NCBI RefSeq assembly: GCF_009914755.1
Contig: NC_060940.1
Origin: the human T2T-CHM13v2.0 reference genome, Homo sapiens
DNA: 64,000 nt
Reading direction: 5' to 3' (one strand)
The position numbers were made by a program, and so were the translations under genes. The notes beneath the pieces were generated by a model that had not been told where the DNA came from, searched no databases, and saw nothing but the letters and a program-made list of their open reading frames with translations. Positions 57,301-64,000 of this stretch are shown here, in pieces. Positions within the stretch are counted from its first letter, which is position 1, and each line of letters begins with the position of its first letter.

Positions 57301-60300
57301 ATTTGTGTCCCTTAGATGATTCCACATGATTCCATTAGATGATGATACTATTTGAGCCCATCCAATGATTCCCTTCGATTCCATTCGATGAGGATTCCAT
57401 TCGATTCAATTCATTGGTGATTCTATTCAATTCAATTCTTTGATTCCATTCCATTCCATTCGACAATGATTCCATTCGATTTCTTTCGATGATTCCACTC
57501 GATTCCACTTGACATTGATTCCATTCGATTCCATTCAATGATTCCATTTGATTCCAGTGGATGATGATTGCCATCGATTCCATTCGATCACTCCATTCTA
57601 TTCCATTTGATGATGATTACATTCGATTCCATTTGACGACTCCATCTGATTCTATTCGAGGATTCCATTTGATTCCATTCGATGATGATTCCATTCGAGT
57701 CCATTCGATGATTTCATTCGAGTACATCCAATGATTCCATTCGAGTCCATTTGATGATTCCATTTGATTCCATTTGATAATGATTCTACTAGAGTCCATT
57801 CAATGACTCCATTCGTGTCCATTCAACAATTCCATTCGACTCCATTTGATGATTCCATTCGATTCCATTTGATGGTTCCATTCGAGTCCATTTAATCATT
57901 ACAGTCGAGTCCATTTGGTGATTCCACCGGATTTCTTTTGATAATGATACCATACAATTAAATTTGATGATGATCCCATTCAATTTCATTTGATGATGAT
58001 TCCATTAGAGTCCATTCGATGATTTCATTCGAGTCCCTTCACTGATTCCATCCGATTTCATTGGATGATGACTCCATTCGAGTCCATTCGATGATTCCAC
58101 TCGATTCCATTAGATGATTCCATTGGAGTCCATTTGATTGTTCCATTCGATTCCATTCGATTCCTTTCGAAGATTATTCCATTTGAGTCCATTCGATGAT
58201 GATTCCATTCCATTCCATTCGATGATTCCGTTTGATTCCATTCAATGATTCCCTTCGATTCCTCTCTTTGATGATTCCATTCCATTCCATTCAATGATTC
58301 CATTCGAATCTATTCCATGATGATTCCTTTCGATTCCATTCGCTGATGTTTCCGTTCAATTCCATTCGATGATGATTCCATTCGATTCCATTCATTGAGG
58401 ATTCCATTTGATTCCATTAAATGATGATTCCGTTCTATTCCATTCAATGATTGCATTCAATTCCATTCAATGATTATCCCCTTAGAGTAAACTCAACGAT
58501 TCCATTCAATACCATTCGATGATGATTCCTTTTGAGTCCATTCAATGATTTCATTCAAGTCCATTTGATGATTCCTTTCAATTCCATTCTATGATGATTC
58601 CATTCGAGTCCATTCGATGATTCCATTTGATTGCATTCGATTATTCCATTACATTCCAGTCAACGATGATTCCATTCGAGTCCATTCGATGATTCCATTA
58701 GAGTACATTTAATGATTGATTTGTTTTCAATTCGAAGATGATTACATTGGATTCCATTCTATGATACCATTCGATTCCATTCAATGATGATTCCACTCAA
58801 ATCCATTGGATGATTCCATTCGTGTCCATTCGGTGATTTCATTAGATTCCATTCGAGGATGATTCCATTCGATTCCATTCGATGATTCCATTCAATTCCA
58901 TTCGATGATGATTCCATTCCAGTCCATATGATCATTCCATTTGATTTCATTCGATGATGATTCCATTCGATTCGATTCGATGATTCCATTCTATTCCATT
59001 CGATGATGATTCCATTCGAGTCCATTCGATGATTGCATTCGAGTCCATTTAATGATTCCATTGGGTTCAATTCAATGATGATTACATTGGATTCCGTTCT
59101 ATGATTCCATTCAATTCCGTTCATTGACAATTTGATTCCATTCGATGATGATTCCATTTGAGTTCATTCGATGATTCTATTCGATTCTCTTCGATGGTGA
59201 TTCAATTCTATTATATTGGATGATTCCATTCGATTCCATTTGATGTTGATTCAATTCGATTCTATTCGATGATGATTCCACTGGATTTCACTTGATGATT
59301 CTATTCGATTCCATTCAATGATGATTCACTTCTCGTCCATTGGATGATTCCATTTCATTCCATTCGATGATGATTCCATTCGATTCCATTCGATGATTCC
59401 ATTTGATTCCATGCGACGGTGAGCAATTCGATTCAATTCCATGATGATTGTATTTGATTCAATTAGATGATGTTTCCATTCGAATCCATTCCATGATTAT
59501 TCCATTGGAATCCATTCGGCGATGATTAAATATGAGTCAATTCAATGATGATTCCATATGGGTACGTTCGATGATAATTCCATTTGATTTCATTCGATGC
59601 TTCTATTCAATTCCAGTTGATGATGATTCCGTTGGAGTCCATACGATGATTCCATTTGATTTCATTTGATGATGATTCCATTCGATGATGATTACATTGG
59701 ATTCCATTCTATGATTCCATTCAATTCCATTCGTTGATGATTCGATTCCATTAAATGATGATTCCATTTGAGTTCATTCGATGATTCTATTCGATTCCGT
59801 TCGATGGTGATTCAATTCTCTTATATTGGATGATTCCACTCGATTCCATTTGATGATTATTCCATTGGAGTCCACTTAGTGAATCCTTTAGATTCTACTC
59901 GAAGATGATTCCATTCGAGTCCATTCAATGATACCATTCAATTTCATTCGTTGATGCTTCCATTCAAGTGCATTCGATGATATCATTCGATTCCATTTGG
60001 TGATAATTCCATTTGATTCCATGCGATGATTCTATTCGATTCCATTCAATGATAATTCCATTCAATTCAGTGATTCCTCTGGACTCCATTTGATGATGAT
60101 TCCATTCAATGATTCCATTCGATTCTATTCCAAAATGATTCCATTTGAATCCATTTGATGATGATTCCATTAGATTCCATTTGATGATTCCATTCGATTC
60201 CATTTGACGATGATTCCATTCGATTCCATTTGATGATTCCATTCTATTCTATTCGATGATGATTCCATTCGATTCCATTTGATGATGATTGGATTCGATT

Positions 60301-60461
60301 CCATTTGATGATTTCATTTGATTCCATTCGTTAATGATTTCGATCAACTCCATTCGATGATTCCATTTGATTCCATTCGATAATGATTACATCCGAGTCC
60401 TTTCGATGATTCCATTTGAGCCTGTTCGATAATTCCATTTGAGTCCAATCAATGATTCCAT
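54360..60461 (+). repeat. Higher-order unit with 10-bp deletion (6102 bp)
   Basis: One ATTCCATTCG decamer is missing near 55630 before ATGTTGATTCTG; landmark spacing 54360 to 60462. Confidence 0.9.
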
Positions 60462-63400
60462 TCATTTCCATTCAATGATTCCATTCGAGTCCATTTGATC
60501 ATTCTGGTAGGGTCCGTTCGATGTTGATTCCATTGGAGTGCATTCGATGATTCCATTCGAGTCCATTTTATGATTTGATTCGAGTCCTTTCGATGATTCC
60601 ATTCGATTCCACTCGATGATGATTTCATTCGAGTCCATTCGACACTTCCAATCGATTCCATTTGATGTTTCCATTCGAGTCCAATTGATGATTCCATTCA
60701 ATTCCATTCGATGATGATTCCGTACGATTCCATTCTGTGATGATTCCATGTGATTGCATTCAATGATGATTCCTTTCGATTGCATTCGATTATGATTCAT
60801 TTCGTGTTCATTCTATGGTTCCACAGGTTTCCATTCGATGACGTTTCCGTTCGTGTCCATTCCATTATTCCATTCTATTTCATTTGATGATGATTCCATT
60901 CGATTCCATTCATTGGTGATTCCACTCAATTCCATTCAATGATTCCATTCCATTTCTTTCAACAATGATTCCATTAGTTTCTAATCGATGATCCACTTGA
61001 TTCCATTTGACGACGATTCCATTCTTGTCCATTCGATGATTCCATTTGATTCCATATGATGATGATTCCATTCGATTCCATACGATGATGATTCCATTCG
61101 AGTCCATTCAATGGTGATTCCATTCAATTCCATTCGATGATTCCTTTCGATTCCATTCGATGATGATGGCATTCGATTCCTTTCAATCATTCCCTTTGAT
61201 TCCATTCAAAGGTGATTTCATTCAAGTCCATTCGATAATTGCATTCGATTCCATTCTATGATGATTCCATTCGAGTCCATTTGATGATTCCATTCAATTC
61301 AAGTCAATGATGATTCCATTCGATTCCATTCGATGATTCCATTGGATTCCATTCGATGATGATTCCATTCAAATCCATTCGATAATTCAATTCAAGTCCA
61401 TTCGATGATGATTAAAATCGAATCCATTCAAAGATTCCATTCAGTTCCATTCGATGATTCCCTTAGATTCCATTCGATGATTCCACTTGATTTCATTTAC
61501 GATGATTCCATTCGATTCCACGTGATGATTCCATTCAATTCTATTCAATGCTGTTTCCATTTGATTCCATTCGACCATGATTGCCTTTGATTCCATTCAA
61601 TGACTCCATTCGGTTCCTTTTGATGATGATTCCGTTCGATTCCATTTGATGATTCCATTTGATTCCATTGGATGAGTCCATTCGATTACATTCGATGATT
61701 ATTCCATTCGAGTGCATTAGATGATTCCATTCGAGTCCATTCGATGATTCCATTCGATTCCATTCGATGTTGATTCTGTTCAAATCCATTCGATGATTCC
61801 ACTCGATTCCATTCGATGACTCCAGTTGATCCCATTCGATGATTTCCTTTGATTCCCTTTGATGATCATTCCATTTGATTCAATTCGGTGATTTCATTTG
61901 ATTCCATTCAGTGATGTTTCCATTCGACTCCATTCGATGATGATTCCATTCGACTCCATTCGATTATGATTTCATTCAATTCCATTCGATAATGATTCCC
62001 TTTGAGTCCATTCGATGATTCCATTCGATTCCATTCAACGATGATTTGATTCGTGTCCATTCGATGATTCCATTTGATTCCACTTGATGATGATTCCATT
62101 CGAGTCCATTTGATGATTCCATTCAATTCCATTCTCCGATGATTTCTTTTGAGCCCACTCAATGCTTCCACTCGATTCCATATGATGATGACTCCATTCG
62201 ATGAAATTCGATGATGATTCCATTCGCTTGCATTCGATGATGATTCCACTTGAGTCCATTAGAAGATTCTATTCAATTACATTCCATGACGATTCCGTTC
62301 GAGTCCATTTGATGATTCCATTAGACTCCATTCGACGATGATTCCATTCGATGTTATTCGATGATTCCATTCGATCTCATTCGATGATGATTCCATTCAA
62401 CTCCATTCGATGTTTCCATTCGAGTTCATTCTATTATTCCATTAGATTCCATTCGATGATGATTCCATTCGATTCCATTTGATGATTGCATTCTATTTCA
62501 TTTGATGATGATTCCATTCGAGTCCACTCGATGATTCCATTCGAGTCCATTTAATGAATCCATTGGTTTCAATTCTATGATGATTACATTGGATTCCATT
62601 CGTTGATGATTTCATTCGGTTCCATTCAATGATGATTCCATTCAATTCCTTTCAATGTTTCCATTCAATTCCATACGATGATGATTCCATTTGATTTGAT
62701 TCGACAGGGAGCCATTCGATTCAATTCCATGATGATTCTATTTGATTCCATTGGTTGACATTTCCATTCGATTCCATTCGATGATGATTCCCTTTGATTC
62801 CATTCAAAGATGATTCCATTCTAGCCCATTCAATCATTCCATTCGATTCTATTCAATGATGATTCCATTCATGTCGATTTGGTGATTCCATTTGACTTCA
62901 TTTGATGATGATTCCTTTCAAGTTCATTAGATGATTCCATTCGATTCCATTTGATGATGATCCCATTCGAGTCCATTCAGTGATTCCACTCGTTTCCATT
63001 CCATGATGATTCCATTCCATTCCATTCAATGATTCCATTCGATTCCGTTTGATGATGATTTCATTCGAGTCCATTTGATGATTCCACTTGATTCCATTCG
63101 ATGATGATTCCATTCGAGTCCATTCGATGATTCTATTCGAATCCATTTGATGATTTCTTTTGATTATAGTTGGTGATGATTCCATTGGAGTCCATTCAAT
63201 GATTCCATTTGATTCCAGTCTCTGATGATTACATTCGAGTCCATACGATGATTCCACTCAATTCCATATGATGATGATTCCATTCGATTCCATTCGGTGA
63301 TTCCATTCTATTCTATTCAATGGTGATTCCATTCGAGTACATTAGATGATTCCATTCGATTCCATTCAATGATGATTCTATTTGTGTCCCTTAGATGATT

Positions 63401-64000
63401 CCACATGATTCCATTAGATGATGATACTATTTGAGCCCATCCAATGATACCCTTCGATATCATTCGATGAGGATTCCATTCGATTCAATTCATTGGTGAT
63501 TCTATTCAATTCAATTCTTTGATTCCATTCCATTCCATTCGACAATGATTCCATTCGATTTCTTTCGATGATTCCACTCGATTCCACTTGACATTGATTC
63601 CCTTCGATTCCATTCAATGATTCCATTTGATTCCAGTGGATGATGATTGCCATCGATTCCATTCGATCACTCCATTCTATTCCATTTGATGATGATTACA
63701 TTCGATTCCATTTGACGATTCCATCTGATTCTATTCGAGGATTCCATTTGATTCCATTCGATGATGATTCCATTCGAGTCCATTCGATGATTTCATTCGA
63801 GTACATCCAATGATTCCATTCGAGTCCATTTGATGATTCCATTTGATTCCATTTGATAATGATTCTACTAGAGTCCATTCAATGACTCCATTCGAGTCCA
63901 TTCAACAATTCCATTCGACTCCATTTGATGATTCCATTGGATTCCATTTGATGATTCCATTCGAGTCCATTTAATCATTACAGTCGAGTCCATTTGGTGA
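60462..64000 (+). repeat. Partial higher-order unit (truncated by window end), +16 bp and -49 bp variant
   Basis: Same landmark order; extra 16 bp at ~60838; 62898 to 63414 is 516 bp against 565 bp in canonical units. Confidence 0.9.

Larger units (their letters stand above)
1..64000 (+). repeat. Human satellite II (HSat2/HSATII) tandem array, probably HSat2B subfamily
   Basis: Continuous diverged CATTC repeats with HSat2-diagnostic CATTCGATTC, CATTCGAGTC and GATGATGATTCC motifs, 23/26-bp periodicity and dense TCGA sites. Long pure (CATTC)n runs typical of HSat3 are absent. The 6112-bp period fits the ~6.1-kb HSat2B unit known from chr16. Confidence 0.97.

Noticed and set aside
62-63878. Protein-coding interpretation of the many 60-132 aa ORFs
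   Set aside because: They are direct translations of the satellite motif, overlap in several frames, recur with each unit, gain and lose stops freely (e.g. 24164) and show no recognisable domain.
1-64000. CRISPR array or other prokaryotic repeat-spacer system
   Set aside because: There is no constant repeat separated by unique spacers and no cas-like ORFs; the sequence is continuous degenerate satellite.
1-64000. HSat3, alpha satellite or CENP-B boxes
   Set aside because: CATTCCATTC runs are short and rare, the CATTCGATTC/GATGAT grammar is HSat2, and I saw no 171-bp period or CENP-B box.
1-64000. Inversion or strand switch in the array
   Set aside because: No GAATG-rich stretch appears on the + strand; orientation is constant.

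Overview
The whole 64 kb window is human-type Satellite II (HSat2/HSATII) pericentromeric DNA. It is a diverged (CATTC)n array built from CATTCGATTC/CATTCGAGTC decamers and CATTCGATGATTC / CATTCGATGATGATTC 13/16-mers, and the CATTC strand stays on + throughout. I see no genes, RNA genes, transposon insertions or inversions; the listed ORFs are by-products of the repeat. Using recurring landmarks, the array resolves into a 6112-bp higher-order unit, the size reported for HSat2B (typical of chr16q11.2; the chromosome is an inference). Landmark spacings are 8011, 8516, 6112, 6112, 6040, 9475, 4130, 5902 and 6102 bp, and each departure from 6112 can be accounted for. The large events are tandem duplications of 1899 and 2404 bp, a 2700-bp deletion that coincides with a switch in sequence haplotype (~39.1 kb), and a 1831-bp non-unit satellite segment replacing 3832 bp. 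The small events are a templated patch copied from 776 bp downstream and indels of 3, 10, 16, 23, 49, 72 and 170 bp. I found no new gene system; what is of interest is array architecture and mutational history.
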